This document shows positions 1 to 10,217 of a stretch of DNA of 64,000 bases, one piece after another; the stretch's first letter is position 1; every line of letters starts with the position of its first letter. The stretch lies in IMG/VR virus record IMGVR_UViG_3300033388_007730, positions 155,189-219,188 of that record. One strand, written 5' to 3'. The position numbers and the translations under genes are program-made. The notes under the pieces were generated by a model. The model did not search any database, was not told the origin of the DNA, and was given only the letters and a program-made list of their open reading frames with translations.

Positions 1-558
1 TTAATTGGCAAAAAAACACCTTTAGTTTATAAGATTCCAGTAAAAAAAATTGTGGTAAACAAGAAAAATAAAAATACTTATGATATGCCAAGTATTGTAA
101 ATATCTTAAAAAAATATAAAGATGATAATGTGCTATTCTATATTGAGAGGCAATCTACAAGACCTGGTGAAGGAGCCGTTTCAGCAATGACTATTGGGAA
201 GGGATATGGACAACTTTTAGGAGTAGCGTATGCTTTTGCTTTTAATATTGTTATAGTTTCTCCTCGAACTTGGAAAAAATGTTTTCCAGAATTAACAACT
301 GATGAGATGTTAGACATTAAAGCGGGAATGAAGAAGTCGCGGCTGTTTGGCAAAACTTTAGAGGATAAAGACCAGAAAAAAGAGAATAAGAGGTATATTG
401 AAAAATTAGGTAGAAATTTTAAGTCTTTAGCCAAAAATGAGGCTAGAAAATTAGTTTCTACAAAATATCCTGGGCTTTCCGATTTATTCAAAAAAAAGAA
501 TTCAGATGGGTTAGCTGAATCTTTGTTGATTGCGATATATGGAAGATCACAGGATTAA
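1..558 (+). CDS. RuvC-like Holliday junction resolvase (5'-truncated by window edge)
   Basis: Frame open from base 1; motifs YIERQ..GAVSAMTIGKGYG, V.PRTWKK, DGLAESLLIA. Confidence 0.8.
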   Translation, partial: LIGKKTPLVYKIPVKKIVVNKKNKNTYDMPSIVNILKKYKDDNVLFYIERQSTRPGEGAVSAMTIGKGYGQLLGVAYAFAFNIVIVSPRTWKKCFPELTTDEMLDIKAGMKKSRLFGKTLEDKDQKKENKRYIEKLGRNFKSLAKNEARKLVSTKYPGLSDLFKKKNSDGLAESLLIAIYGRSQD

Positions 559-591
559 CATTAATAGCCTTATACGGGAGAAAAAATCAAA

Positions 592-954
592 ATGAGTTGG
601 TATAAATATTCAAAAGATTTTGATAAGAGAAATATTATAAATCATAAAATAATGTATTTGGAAGAAGTCAAAGAAACATTGAAGAAACTAGCTAAATTAA
701 TCTTCCAAAGTGCTACTATGGCTAAGCAAAATAACGTGGATATTATGAGTTCTAAAAAGATGACATCGTATCCTATGTTGCATAATATTTTAATAGAGGC
801 TGATACAATAGCTCTAGATAGCCCCTGGAAGTTTGCATCGCTTTGCGAAGAGGCTGTTATGAGTATAAATAATCAGATAGAAACATTAAAATCTGAGAGA
901 AAAAAAATAACAAGTGTTGAAAATAAGAATGTTGTGGAGAAAGGCTGGGTTTAG
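592..954 (+). CDS. Hypothetical protein with MSWYK N-terminus
   Basis: ORF with GGGAG RBS; no recognised domain. Confidence 0.7.
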   Translation: MSWYKYSKDFDKRNIINHKIMYLEEVKETLKKLAKLIFQSATMAKQNNVDIMSSKKMTSYPMLHNILIEADTIALDSPWKFASLCEEAVMSINNQIETLKSERKKITSVENKNVVEKGWV

Positions 955-1608
955 ATGGCTAAAAAAGAGATAACAGTTACGCAGAAAATTGATTCTAGTT
1001 TAAAAGTTCCATATGAATTTAATTCAGATAGAACAACTAGGAAGAATTGTAAATTATGTCAGTGTGAGTTCCGAGATGAAGTAGAAGGATGGTATGAAGA
1101 ACAAAGAAGAAAAAATTATAGCGCAATTAAAACTAAGTTAAATGAAGAAAAAGAATTGAAAATATCTGTTAATGCTATAAAGAATCATATGCTCTATCAT
1201 TATAAAGCAACAGAAAGAAAATCGACGTTAACAGAGTATATGACCGATGTGCAGAGTTGGGTTTTGATGCAGACTAATAAAGTAGCAGCATTAAAAACTA
1301 GAATTGCTATACTAGAAAGAGAAATGATGGTAATAGCTTCTGAGGGAGAAGATCTTGATCTTGCAGAAAGAAGAAAAAATGCTGAAACTATTAAAAAGAT
1401 TGCTGATACTCTTTTAACTTACGATGCTAAACTCAAAGAGTATGAAAAAGATATGGAACCTGTAAGAATAGTATTTAATCAATTAAAAGTTATTGTTAAA
1501 GATGAGATGGAAGGTATTGAGGATGTGAAAGCTAGAAATATTATCTATAATGTGATGGGTAGATTAAAAGATAATGTTGGTGATATGATTATTGAAAGCG
1601 GGAATTAA
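955..1608 (+). CDS. Hypothetical CxxC...HxxxH zinc/HTH plus coiled-coil protein (possibly terminase small-subunit-like)
   Basis: CKLC and NHMLYH followed by helical region; function speculative. Confidence 0.45.
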   Translation: MAKKEITVTQKIDSSLKVPYEFNSDRTTRKNCKLCQCEFRDEVEGWYEEQRRKNYSAIKTKLNEEKELKISVNAIKNHMLYHYKATERKSTLTEYMTDVQSWVLMQTNKVAALKTRIAILEREMMVIASEGEDLDLAERRKNAETIKKIADTLLTYDAKLKEYEKDMEPVRIVFNQLKVIVKDEMEGIEDVKARNIIYNVMGRLKDNVGDMIIESGN

Positions 1609-1612
1609 TATT

Positions 1613-1762
1613 ATGAAAGAATATAAAAGCAAAAAATACATTAAGATGAATGCTAAAGTTGGCAGCTCTAAGAACAATAATATAAAGCCAATCAAAATAG
1701 AACCGAAAAAAACAAAGCGAGTTAAATCCAGTTGTGGTGGATGCTCTAGAAGGACAAGATAA
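1613..1762 (+). CDS. Small basic protein (49 aa) ending CGGCSRRTR
   Basis: Read by hand; fills the gap between neighbouring genes. Confidence 0.55.
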   Translation: MKEYKSKKYIKMNAKVGSSKNNNIKPIKIEPKKTKRVKSSCGGCSRRTR

Positions 1763-4400
1763 ATTGGATAGACCTACTATAATCAAAATTTTATCTAAGT
1801 TTAGATATTTATTCCAAGATTTATCTTATGGAGAAGATGCGGTTATGCAAAAGATAACTAACTATCTTCCTTCTAATCATATGGTATTTCCATGCGATGT
1901 AATAGATTTGAGAAAAATACTTATAGATGAAGAAATAAAATTTGATGATTATATACCATTGTTCTCTAAAAGATTTGCTGAGAGTTTTTTAAAAAGATAT
2001 GCTCTGTTTCTGGTGATTGATATAAGAAAGATTGATAAGGATAGTTTTAAATATGGTGGTTTGTGTATTTTAAGAGACAATGAGTTAGATATTAGTGACT
2101 CTTTAATAAGGATAGTAGTTAACAAACAGGCAGCTAATAATACTTTTAATGTGGTGCAAAATATGATGCAAGAATTGAACAAATATGTAGAATGTGTGGT
2201 AGAGAATAGTGTTCCTGGAATGAGTTCTCCTGCCCCTATATTATCATCTAGGAAGATAGTATTTAAAGCAGCTCAGAATGTTGAGTCTGAATTGTCTTTA
2301 GACCCGAAAGAAAAAAATATATTTGATTTTCTTAGAAGGGTTAAAAAAGATTATAATCTTCCTGTTCAGATGAGAGTAGCTGGTGGATGGGTTAGAGATA
2401 AATTGCTTGGCAAAGAAAGTGATGATATAGACATAGCTGTTAATATGCCAGGTTATGATTTTGCTAAGATAGTAGCAGATGCTGCTGTTAAATATAATGT
2501 AACGCATGACCCTAAAGCATACAAGGTTAGTTTAGAAAAATCAAAAGATCCTAGTGAAAAGACTCCTAATGATAGTCTTTTAGTAGGTGCAGTTTATCTT
2601 TTCGGGCAGAAAATAGAATTTGTTCCTATGAGAACAGAACATTATCCTGATCCTGATAGCAGGCAACCAGAAATAACTAATACTAATGATCCTAGAGAAG
2701 ATGTTAAAAGAAGAGATTTAACTATAAATTCTCTTTACTACAATGTTGATACTGGCAAAGTAGAAGATTATGTTGGTGGAAGAAAAGATTTGGGAGTAGA
2801 CGGAAATGGAACTATACTTCTAAGGACTCCTGATGATGCTTATAAAACATTTCATGAAGATCCTTTGAGATTATTGAGAGTTTTGAGATTCCACAGCCGT
2901 TATCCTAATAGCGTAATAGATCCTTCAGTCGTAGAAGCTATGAAAAATCCAGAAGTGCAAGCTTCTTATGCTAGAAAAGTTTCTACAGAGAGAGCTGGAC
3001 CAGAATTGATAAAAATGTTATCAGGAGCAAATCCTGTAGATTCTTTAAGATTGTTATTTGAGAGTGGTTTATACAAACAGGTTTTTGATGTTCCTTCTAT
3101 GAAGAATATAAATGAAGAAGGAATAATGATGGATCAAAGAAGTCCTTATCATGAAAAAAGTTTGTCAGATCATACTCTAGACGTTGTGAAGTACTTGAAT
3201 GAGAAAATGAGTAATGAGGGTGAAAGTGATTTAATGAGAGGATTGATGAATTTTGCTGCTATGTTCCATGATTTTGGGAAAATGAGTAACAAGGTTGCAA
3301 GACCACATAAAAATCCAAGATTCGAAGGTCATACTACTTATGTAGGTCATGAAAATGAATCTGAAACTATGGCAGAAGAAATAATGAATTCTATAGGACT
3401 TAAGGATTATCAAAAAAAGATAGTTAAAGCAGTCGTTAAATCCCATATGTTCCCTCATAAGTTCACTGGTTGGGCTGATTCTTGGGCTAAGAAGAAAAAA
3501 ATATGGAAAGGCAATGAGGGTCCAGGTAAATTTATGGAGAATCTAAAATTAAAAGGTTTAGATCAAAAGACTAGAGGATTAGAAGAAGATGATGAAGAAG
3601 TTATAGATAAGTCTGCTGACCTTTGGAAGTATGTTCATTATCATGCTGAGGCTGATTCTAAGGCTGGTAAAACTGGGAAGCATGATGAAGGGGAAACAGA
3701 GAGAGGTAGACAGTGGTTTGAAAATTATTACAATGATCCAGCTATAGAATTCACCAGAACGAGAGGTTCTGTCATAGATGGCAATACGATAAAAAATCTT
3801 GTTGAAGAAATTAGTGGATTAGAACAGCAAAAAAGGGATCCTACTCGAACTAAATTGAAAGTTGAAATAACACCTAATGTTATATCATTTGTGCAAAAAA
3901 GAATAGCTGATATGCAATATAGGCGTTTGATACCTCTTGATTTCGCGGCTATGGAAGAGGGTCCAGAGAAAGAGTCGTCTTTAATAAATTCTCAAAATAG
4001 AGCTGCTAATCAAGCTAGGCAAATAATCAAAAGTAATTTAGATAAATATTTAAAAATAACTCCAATTGAAGGAGAGACTACAATGAGTACTAGTTGGTAT
4101 GATAAAATAAAAACATCTAATACGATATCTAAACCTTTGCCAGTTCCTCAGGAAGAAGATCCTGAAGTTCATAAGGGGCCACAACCCATGGAGGCAAAAT
4201 ATCAAAAAGGCATGAGGGTTAGAGATAGAAGAAAGGGTTTGGTAGTCCCTCAGGATTTTGGAGTTGTTTATTCTATTAATAATAATACTAATATTATGAT
4301 AATACTATGGAATCCTGATAATAAAGAAAAGAAAAGAGAAGAGAAATTTGATATGGTTGAAGATACCGAAAAGTTGTCATTGATAGTGGCGGAGGTTTAA
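1734..4400 (+). CDS. cca: Class II CCA-adding tRNA nucleotidyltransferase with HD domain and N- and C-terminal extensions
   Basis: RVAGGWVRDKLLG..SDDIDI, RRDLTINS, EDPLRLLRVLRF, HT..V...FHDFGK; start may be TTG 1764. Confidence 0.88.
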   Translation: MVDALEGQDKLDRPTIIKILSKFRYLFQDLSYGEDAVMQKITNYLPSNHMVFPCDVIDLRKILIDEEIKFDDYIPLFSKRFAESFLKRYALFLVIDIRKIDKDSFKYGGLCILRDNELDISDSLIRIVVNKQAANNTFNVVQNMMQELNKYVECVVENSVPGMSSPAPILSSRKIVFKAAQNVESELSLDPKEKNIFDFLRRVKKDYNLPVQMRVAGGWVRDKLLGKESDDIDIAVNMPGYDFAKIVADAAVKYNVTHDPKAYKVSLEKSKDPSEKTPNDSLLVGAVYLFGQKIEFVPMRTEHYPDPDSRQPEITNTNDPREDVKRRDLTINSLYYNVDTGKVEDYVGGRKDLGVDGNGTILLRTPDDAYKTFHEDPLRLLRVLRFHSRYPNSVIDPSVVEAMKNPEVQASYARKVSTERAGPELIKMLSGANPVDSLRLLFESGLYKQVFDVPSMKNINEEGIMMDQRSPYHEKSLSDHTLDVVKYLNEKMSNEGESDLMRGLMNFAAMFHDFGKMSNKVARPHKNPRFEGHTTYVGHENESETMAEEIMNSIGLKDYQKKIVKAVVKSHMFPHKFTGWADSWAKKKKIWKGNEGPGKFMENLKLKGLDQKTRGLEEDDEEVIDKSADLWKYVHYHAEADSKAGKTGKHDEGETERGRQWFENYYNDPAIEFTRTRGSVIDGNTIKNLVEEISGLEQQKRDPTRTKLKVEITPNVISFVQKRIADMQYRRLIPLDFAAMEEGPEKESSLINSQNRAANQARQIIKSNLDKYLKITPIEGETTMSTSWYDKIKTSNTISKPLPVPQEEDPEVHKGPQPMEAKYQKGMRVRDRRKGLVVPQDFGVVYSINNNTNIMIILWNPDNKEKKREEKFDMVEDTEKLSLIVAEV

Positions 4401-4401
4401 G

Positions 4402-5271
4402 ATGTATCAAGCTGCGTTAGGTGGATATGATTTAGTATTTACTGATGCCCCTGTTTATTACGAACCAGGATTTACTATTATGTATCCTTTGGAGTTAGAA
4501 GTTCCTCAGTGTGACATATATTACATTCTTATAAGAAAAAGAAGTGATAGTGGTGGAGTAATATTTGACACTTTATCTATTTCCAATATGAGTATAAGTG
4601 TTAAAGATGCTACTAACGGAGAAGATATACCTGCTTATTTGACAGCAACTTTGACTAATACTTTTTGGGATGATGATCCAGCTTTTACTCCAATAGTTTT
4701 GGTAGTGGAGAATAATCTCAGTGTTGGTAATGCCACAACAAGAGTAGTATCTTTAGATATATCTATATCAGATAATAATGATAATACTTTTATAAATTTA
4801 AGAACATCTATTGTAGATACTGGGAGGTTCTTTTATTTTATCCCTCTATCTACTAATGAGCTGAGCGGTAGAAATAAAAATACTGCTGTTGGCACACAAT
4901 ATTATTTATCGGTTGGAGCTAGTGGCGATAGATATTTATTATTCTCCCCTTATTCTTTTTTTAGTGAAGTTGAGAAAGGAAGCGATGGTATATCTTTCTC
5001 TTATCCAGTGGGATCTATTTTTTATAAAAGACAAAAATCTTACAATGATGAGGATTTTGATTTTAGTATATTATCTTCTAGTCATGCATTTGTGCCAGAT
5101 AACATTTCTTTAATTAATATTCCAGGTTATAGAAAGGTTGCAGCTTTGCACGTAGATGCTAATATGCACAGTGAGTTATCTCATATCACAACAAATGCTT
5201 TTGTTGATATAGAATCAGTTGGTACTTTAAGCGGTGTGACTGACACTTTTAGAGTTAATCTTACAAGGTAA
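4402..5271 (+). CDS. Hypothetical beta-rich protein, possibly virion-associated
   Basis: Long ORF with GGAGG RBS; S/T/aromatic-rich composition. Confidence 0.6.
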   Translation: MYQAALGGYDLVFTDAPVYYEPGFTIMYPLELEVPQCDIYYILIRKRSDSGGVIFDTLSISNMSISVKDATNGEDIPAYLTATLTNTFWDDDPAFTPIVLVVENNLSVGNATTRVVSLDISISDNNDNTFINLRTSIVDTGRFFYFIPLSTNELSGRNKNTAVGTQYYLSVGASGDRYLLFSPYSFFSEVEKGSDGISFSYPVGSIFYKRQKSYNDEDFDFSILSSSHAFVPDNISLINIPGYRKVAALHVDANMHSELSHITTNAFVDIESVGTLSGVTDTFRVNLTR

Positions 5272-5280
5272 TGGTGAAAA

Positions 5281-5799
5281 ATGAATTGGTTTAAAGAGTC
5301 AAGTAATAATGATTTCATAGTTAAAATTAAAAAAATTCTCAAAGCACATCCGTTTACTAAGGCTTTAACAGAATATTACAATATTTCACCATCTGATATA
5401 GATAGTCATTTAGAGATAGAGATAGCAGATTTAGATGGAAAATATGCTGAGGGGAATGGTAGGATTATAAGGTTAAATAAAAAAATGATAAATGAAGATT
5501 TTTTCACTGGTAATTTCCATTTTGTGATACATGAATTTTTTCATTGGCTAAAACGTAGATCTGAAGATAAGTTCTATTTTAATGATCCAGAAGAGATTCA
5601 AAGTTTCGTTCTTCAAATGGCGTGGGAAATTGTGTCTGGTAGAAGTGCTGAAGAAGTTAAGTGTAAGATGCATCCAGTTATAAAAAGTCATTTTAAGAAT
5701 AATGAACAAAAATTTAATATGGTTTTTAAGGAGATGTTAGAAAAAGCCATATATTTGGCTAACATTTATGAGAAAGAAAAGAATTTTTCAATGATATAA
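5281..5799 (+). CDS. Zincin-like metallopeptidase (HExxH) with MNWFK N-terminus
   Basis: VIHEFFHWL with downstream DPEE. Confidence 0.6.
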   Translation: MNWFKESSNNDFIVKIKKILKAHPFTKALTEYYNISPSDIDSHLEIEIADLDGKYAEGNGRIIRLNKKMINEDFFTGNFHFVIHEFFHWLKRRSEDKFYFNDPEEIQSFVLQMAWEIVSGRSAEEVKCKMHPVIKSHFKNNEQKFNMVFKEMLEKAIYLANIYEKEKNFSMI

Positions 5800-5824
5800 T
5801 TGAATTATTAATTTAGGAGATATT

Positions 5825-6526
5825 ATGAAGCGATTGAAGGTTACTCATTTCCGATCAGATCCTGCTTATTGTGTGGCAGGAGCTTGTTCGGTTGTTGCCA
5901 ACTATTATAATCCCGAAATAGATTATAATTTTGTAAAAAAAGAAGCATATAAAGTATCAAAAGATATAGCAGAAATAGGATTAGATAGTGGTCAAATGGG
6001 GTTACTTCTTAATAGATTAGGATTTTATAAGGTTACTTTAGTTTCTAGTGTTATGCATTGTTTCGATTATTCTTGGCGAAATTATGGGAAAAAAAGACTG
6101 TTAAGAGAACTAGAAACTGCGACAAAAAAGAAAAAAGACGCAGGAGCAAGAGCAGAAATAAGAAGTATTTATAAATGGTACAAACAAAGTGATTTTGATA
6201 ACAATATTATAATAAGTTATGATTTTGGCAAGTATATAAGGCAATATCTTAATAAAGGAAAACCACTTATTCTCACTTTTAATTGGACTATGTTTTTTAA
6301 ATTTGAAAAACAGAACAGCAAAGAAGAAGAAGATCCTATTAATGGTAATTATGAAGAACATGCCGTGGTAGCTAATGGTTATGATGATAAAGGAGTCTGG
6401 ATAGTAGATTCTCATCATCAATATTATAAGTACAAAAGAAAAAAGTATAGAAGAGGATTCTATAAAATTTCTTGGGAAAATTTAATGACAATAATGGGAG
6501 AAGGAGATCTCATTTTGCCAGAATAA
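5825..6526 (+). CDS. Papain-fold C39-like cysteine peptidase
   Basis: YCVAGAC, HAVVANGYD, IVDS Cys/His/Asp pattern. Confidence 0.7.
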   Translation: MKRLKVTHFRSDPAYCVAGACSVVANYYNPEIDYNFVKKEAYKVSKDIAEIGLDSGQMGLLLNRLGFYKVTLVSSVMHCFDYSWRNYGKKRLLRELETATKKKKDAGARAEIRSIYKWYKQSDFDNNIIISYDFGKYIRQYLNKGKPLILTFNWTMFFKFEKQNSKEEEDPINGNYEEHAVVANGYDDKGVWIVDSHHQYYKYKRKKYRRGFYKISWENLMTIMGEGDLILPE

Positions 6527-6547
6527 TATATTTAATAGAGAAAAATA

Positions 6548-8215
6548 ATGGTAGATCAATTTACAAATATAGTAGGCGGATTTGAACAGTGTGAGCCACC
6601 TTTTTGTTCGCAAGATTTTCAAGTAGATGTTACGCAATTTGAGTGTAGTGGTGATATAGTTTATGTGAGCTGGATAATTACAGATCAATACAACAGAGGT
6701 ATATCACCATCTTCAAATGTTGTTCAATATTCTTTGAATAGTAAAAATTTTAATAGTTCTCAACAAGTTGCTGTTAATAGTTTTAGTGGTAATTACTATA
6801 GTACTTATTTTGATAAACCAGGAGAAGGATTGCTTTATATAAAAATAAAAGCACAAATAAATTTTATTTTTATAGAAGGTTATCCTGAAAACCATATTCC
6901 TCTAAATATGGATACATGTGTAGATATAGCATCCGTAGCTGTGCCAGTTGGATTTTGTTCACAAACTCCATATGATGGTGTCCCTGTGTATATGGTAAAA
7001 AATATTTTGCCAACGATAACTGACGACCCTGCTACTACATTTTATTTTGCAAGAGGAAATTATTGTTGGTTTGTAGATAAAAATCTTTATGATACTGAAA
7101 TATCAATTGATGATATTGATTATCCTAATTTGGCTGTTCTATGGGATGCTACAACTTCTATAGAAATTAAAAATAGTTGTGAAGCGTGTGATTTAACACT
7201 ATCATGTCCATCACCAGTTTGGACACCTGATCCTCTGTATCCCGGTGATTCTGGAAAAGATCAAGCAGAAATTTATTTGGAGTATAGCACTTGGACTGAG
7301 CGTGATGAAGTTATAATTTATGGACCAGATCCACTTGGAGATTGTAGTAGAAATCAAATATGGAATTCTACTTGTGTAGGAACATGCAGAGGATATCAAG
7401 ACTCTAGACAAGATGATTGTGGTAATCCTGCTATTGATTGTGAAGATGGAGGAGAAGGACCAGGATTGTATTTAAGAAGACCGTCTCAATTTATAGTAAC
7501 TGGATGTGATGGTTTTCACGACTATTATAATGGCACAGATTTTTGTGTAAAACAACTTTGTATTACTTTAAGAAAAGAGCAGATACCTATATCTGTACAA
7601 GTTATAGGAAAATGCGATGACGCTAGTAGAACATATTGGTGTGCGTATGTAGAAGGACCTGATTTTACATATTGTAGATGTGGTAACGGAACTGATTGCG
7701 GAGCTATCATAGGTAGTTCTAGTAGTTCTAAGAGTTCAAGCTCAAGTTCTAAGAGTTCAAGCTCAAGTTCTTCTAAGAGTAGCTCAAGTTCTTCTAAGAT
7801 TAGCTCATCAAGTAGTTCTAAAAGCAGCAGTTCTAGCTCGAAAAGTTCTAGCAGCTCTAGCTCGAAAAGTTCTAGCAGTTCTAGTTCAAATAGTTCTAGC
7901 TCAAGCTCTTCTAAGAGTAGTTCTTCAAGTAGTTCAAAGAGTTCTAGTAGCTCATCAAAGAGTAGTTCTTCTAGCAGTTCAGAGAGTTCAAGCAGCGATG
8001 AATCAGGTTCTGCCGCTGCTTTTCTGATCAATGATATGACCAATAAAGAGATAGAAGATATAATTAGTAAATTTTATAATGATAATCCTGGGATATTTGA
8101 TGGTAAAACTCTTAGCGAAAAAGAAGATATTATTTTAGAATTTGTTGGGTCAGGTGAGATGATAGCGGAGGTGGCTCTTAGAATAGCGATTCGTGAGGGC
8201 ATAGAAATAGCATAG
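6548..8215 (+). CDS. Cys-rich protein with about 95-aa Ser/Lys low-complexity tract, possible virion fibre/surface protein
   Basis: Numerous Cys; poly-Ser tract near C-terminus. Confidence 0.65.
   Translation: MVDQFTNIVGGFEQCEPPFCSQDFQVDVTQFECSGDIVYVSWIITDQYNRGISPSSNVVQYSLNSKNFNSSQQVAVNSFSGNYYSTYFDKPGEGLLYIKIKAQINFIFIEGYPENHIPLNMDTCVDIASVAVPVGFCSQTPYDGVPVYMVKNILPTITDDPATTFYFARGNYCWFVDKNLYDTEISIDDIDYPNLAVLWDATTSIEIKNSCEACDLTLSCPSPVWTPDPLYPGDSGKDQAEIYLEYSTWTERDEVIIYGPDPLGDCSRNQIWNSTCVGTCRGYQDSRQDDCGNPAIDCEDGGEGPGLYLRRPSQFIVTGCDGFHDYYNGTDFCVKQLCITLRKEQIPISVQVIGKCDDASRTYWCAYVEGPDFTYCRCGNGTDCGAIIGSSSSSKSSSSSSKSSSSSSSKSSSSSSKISSSSSSKSSSSSSKSSSSSSSKSSSSSSSNSSSSSSSKSSSSSSSKSSSSSSKSSSSSSSESSSSDESGSAAAFLINDMTNKEIEDIISKFYNDNPGIFDGKTLSEKEDIILEFVGSGEMIAEVALRIAIREGIEIA
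7715..7997 (+). repeat. Degenerate coding repeat encoding (Ser5-7)Lys units
   Basis: Mixed agt/tct/tca/agc codons, so repeat is kept at protein level. Confidence 0.9.
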
Positions 8216-8219
8216 AAAT

Positions 8220-9032
8220 ATGAATTTTACAGATAAAGTGTATAAAAGATATAGTGATGCTAACGATATGGAAAGATATAGTGGGAAGATATATCTTAAC
8301 TGTTGTGTTGGTGTTGAATATGATTTGGATTTATTAGAATACTCTATTAATTATTATAAAGAATTAGGAGTAGATGAATTTTTTATAATATTAAACACAG
8401 AAGATGAGAATAGTTTTAACCTCAAAAGAGCTATGAAAATATTAGACAAATATCCAGATATTCATAGGAGCATCTGGATAGGAGAGTATTATGGTTATAT
8501 TAAAGGGGAAAAAGAGAAAAGTGTTGTTGAAAAAGTTATGGGAGAGGATGATTGGATAATTACTACTGATGTTGATGAATTTTTTGATTTTCCCATAGAT
8601 TTAAGAAAATTAATTGCCATTTGTGAAGATCAGGAGTGTCAAGTGGTTTATGGAAAAATAGTAGATAGGATTTCTTCAGATTATAAATTAAAAAAAGTAG
8701 ATAAAACAAAATCTCTGTGGGAACAATTCCCGATAAATGCTAAAATATATAACCAATTAAAAAGTAAAATATTATTACGCAGAAAAAAAATAGATATATA
8801 TCATGGAGGTAAATCTGGAGGACATCATTCATTTGTTGATCCAATGAGTGTTAAGATATATCCAGATATTTTAAAAGTGTATCATTTTCACTGGACAAAT
8901 ACTTTATTAGGGAAACTAGAAGAGAGAGTAGAAGTATGGAAAAAATATGGTAGGAATGATTGGAAGAGCCTTCAAGAAGTAATAGATGATTATAAAAAAT
9001 ATGGAATGTTAGTAGAGTCACAAAAATATTAA
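8220..9032 (+). CDS. Glycosyltransferase, GT2-like
   Basis: YYKELGVDEF and WIITTDVDEF (DxD) motifs. Confidence 0.75.
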   Translation: MNFTDKVYKRYSDANDMERYSGKIYLNCCVGVEYDLDLLEYSINYYKELGVDEFFIILNTEDENSFNLKRAMKILDKYPDIHRSIWIGEYYGYIKGEKEKSVVEKVMGEDDWIITTDVDEFFDFPIDLRKLIAICEDQECQVVYGKIVDRISSDYKLKKVDKTKSLWEQFPINAKIYNQLKSKILLRRKKIDIYHGGKSGGHHSFVDPMSVKIYPDILKVYHFHWTNTLLGKLEERVEVWKKYGRNDWKSLQEVIDDYKKYGMLVESQKY

Positions 9033-9089
9033 AGGTTATTAATTATTGATAATAGATATGATATTTTTTTTGTATTAAATTCAGGTTAT

Positions 9090-9821
9090 ATGGAGTTCGG
9101 CAAAATACTTTTAGGGTCTATTTTTGACAATTGCGATTTATCTAAAATAAATTGTATACATATTTCTGATACAGGATTAAAAGAATGCGATATAAGATAT
9201 ATTAAGAGTAAATATAATAAAGTAAAGATTGTTAAAACTAATGTTATAACAGAATTTGAAACTGGAGGTAGATGGGGAGGAGATTGGCAGAAAAACATTA
9301 ATAATAAAACAGAAGAATACTTAAAAGTTCTTGAATACAATATATACCCAGTAATTATGATTGATGCTGATTGTATGATTCTAAAGGATTTATATTGTTT
9401 AATAGATATTAATTATGATATTCAATTATGTGTAAGGTATTCCGATAGCAGAAAAATTCCAAATTGTTTAGCATCATTTTTTATATGTAATAATGCTAAA
9501 TCAGTAGAATTTATAAAGAAATGGAGAAAAATTTATAAGCATTTAACATTAGCTTATAATAATAATCCTGTAGAAAGTAAATCTTTAGAAATTGCGAGAG
9601 ATATATACTGTAAGAAGTATAAGTTTAAAAGTCATTGTGTCCAAGAAGTTGCTGGTGAACCGGATAATTATTTTGAAGATGAAGAATACCAAAAAAAAGT
9701 AAGTATTGTTCATTTTAAGGCTAGAGGCGGATTTAATTCAGGACTAAAAAATAAGAGGATTATATTTGAGACGAGAACGAAACATTTTAGAGACGATATC
9801 CAAAAGTATTTAAAGGACTAA
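9090..9821 (+). CDS. Nucleotide-diphospho-sugar transferase (GT-A fold)
   Basis: VIMIDADC DxD, SVEFIKKW, IVHFK. Confidence 0.65.
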   Translation: MEFGKILLGSIFDNCDLSKINCIHISDTGLKECDIRYIKSKYNKVKIVKTNVITEFETGGRWGGDWQKNINNKTEEYLKVLEYNIYPVIMIDADCMILKDLYCLIDINYDIQLCVRYSDSRKIPNCLASFFICNNAKSVEFIKKWRKIYKHLTLAYNNNPVESKSLEIARDIYCKKYKFKSHCVQEVAGEPDNYFEDEEYQKKVSIVHFKARGGFNSGLKNKRIIFETRTKHFRDDIQKYLKD

Positions 9822-9824
9822 TTA

Positions 9825-10217
9825 ATGAATTTTAAAGATATAATAAAAAAATATAGAGACAGGAATAAAAGCACAATATCTTCTGACAATGTGTCTCATG
9901 AGATGAATGCCATTGTGCTTTATTCAACGTCTAATGCTCTATTTGATTTTAATGGTGTTATGATTGATGATGTTATGTCTTATGGCAAATCTAAGGGATA
10001 CAACATAGATAAAATTGTTTTTCTTACCTCATATGATATAGAATTTACTGATGAGAATAAAGGTGTTAAAAAAGTAGACGATAATTCAATTAGGATTAGT
10101 CAGAATTATAGGATGAAAAGTGATGCCAAAATAAGTATTATAGAAGAAGATGGAAAAGTAATTGCCAGGGTTTTTATGGGATCTTATATTATTGTAGGTA
10201 AAATACGTGAAAAATAA
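9825..10217 (+). CDS. Hypothetical protein
   Basis: ORF overlapping next gene. Confidence 0.6.
   Translation: MNFKDIIKKYRDRNKSTISSDNVSHEMNAIVLYSTSNALFDFNGVMIDDVMSYGKSKGYNIDKIVFLTSYDIEFTDENKGVKKVDDNSIRISQNYRMKSDAKISIIEEDGKVIARVFMGSYIIVGKIREK

Noticed and set aside
7525-8043. Minus-strand Leu/Glu-rich ORF
   Set aside because: Antisense shadow of the poly-Ser tract.
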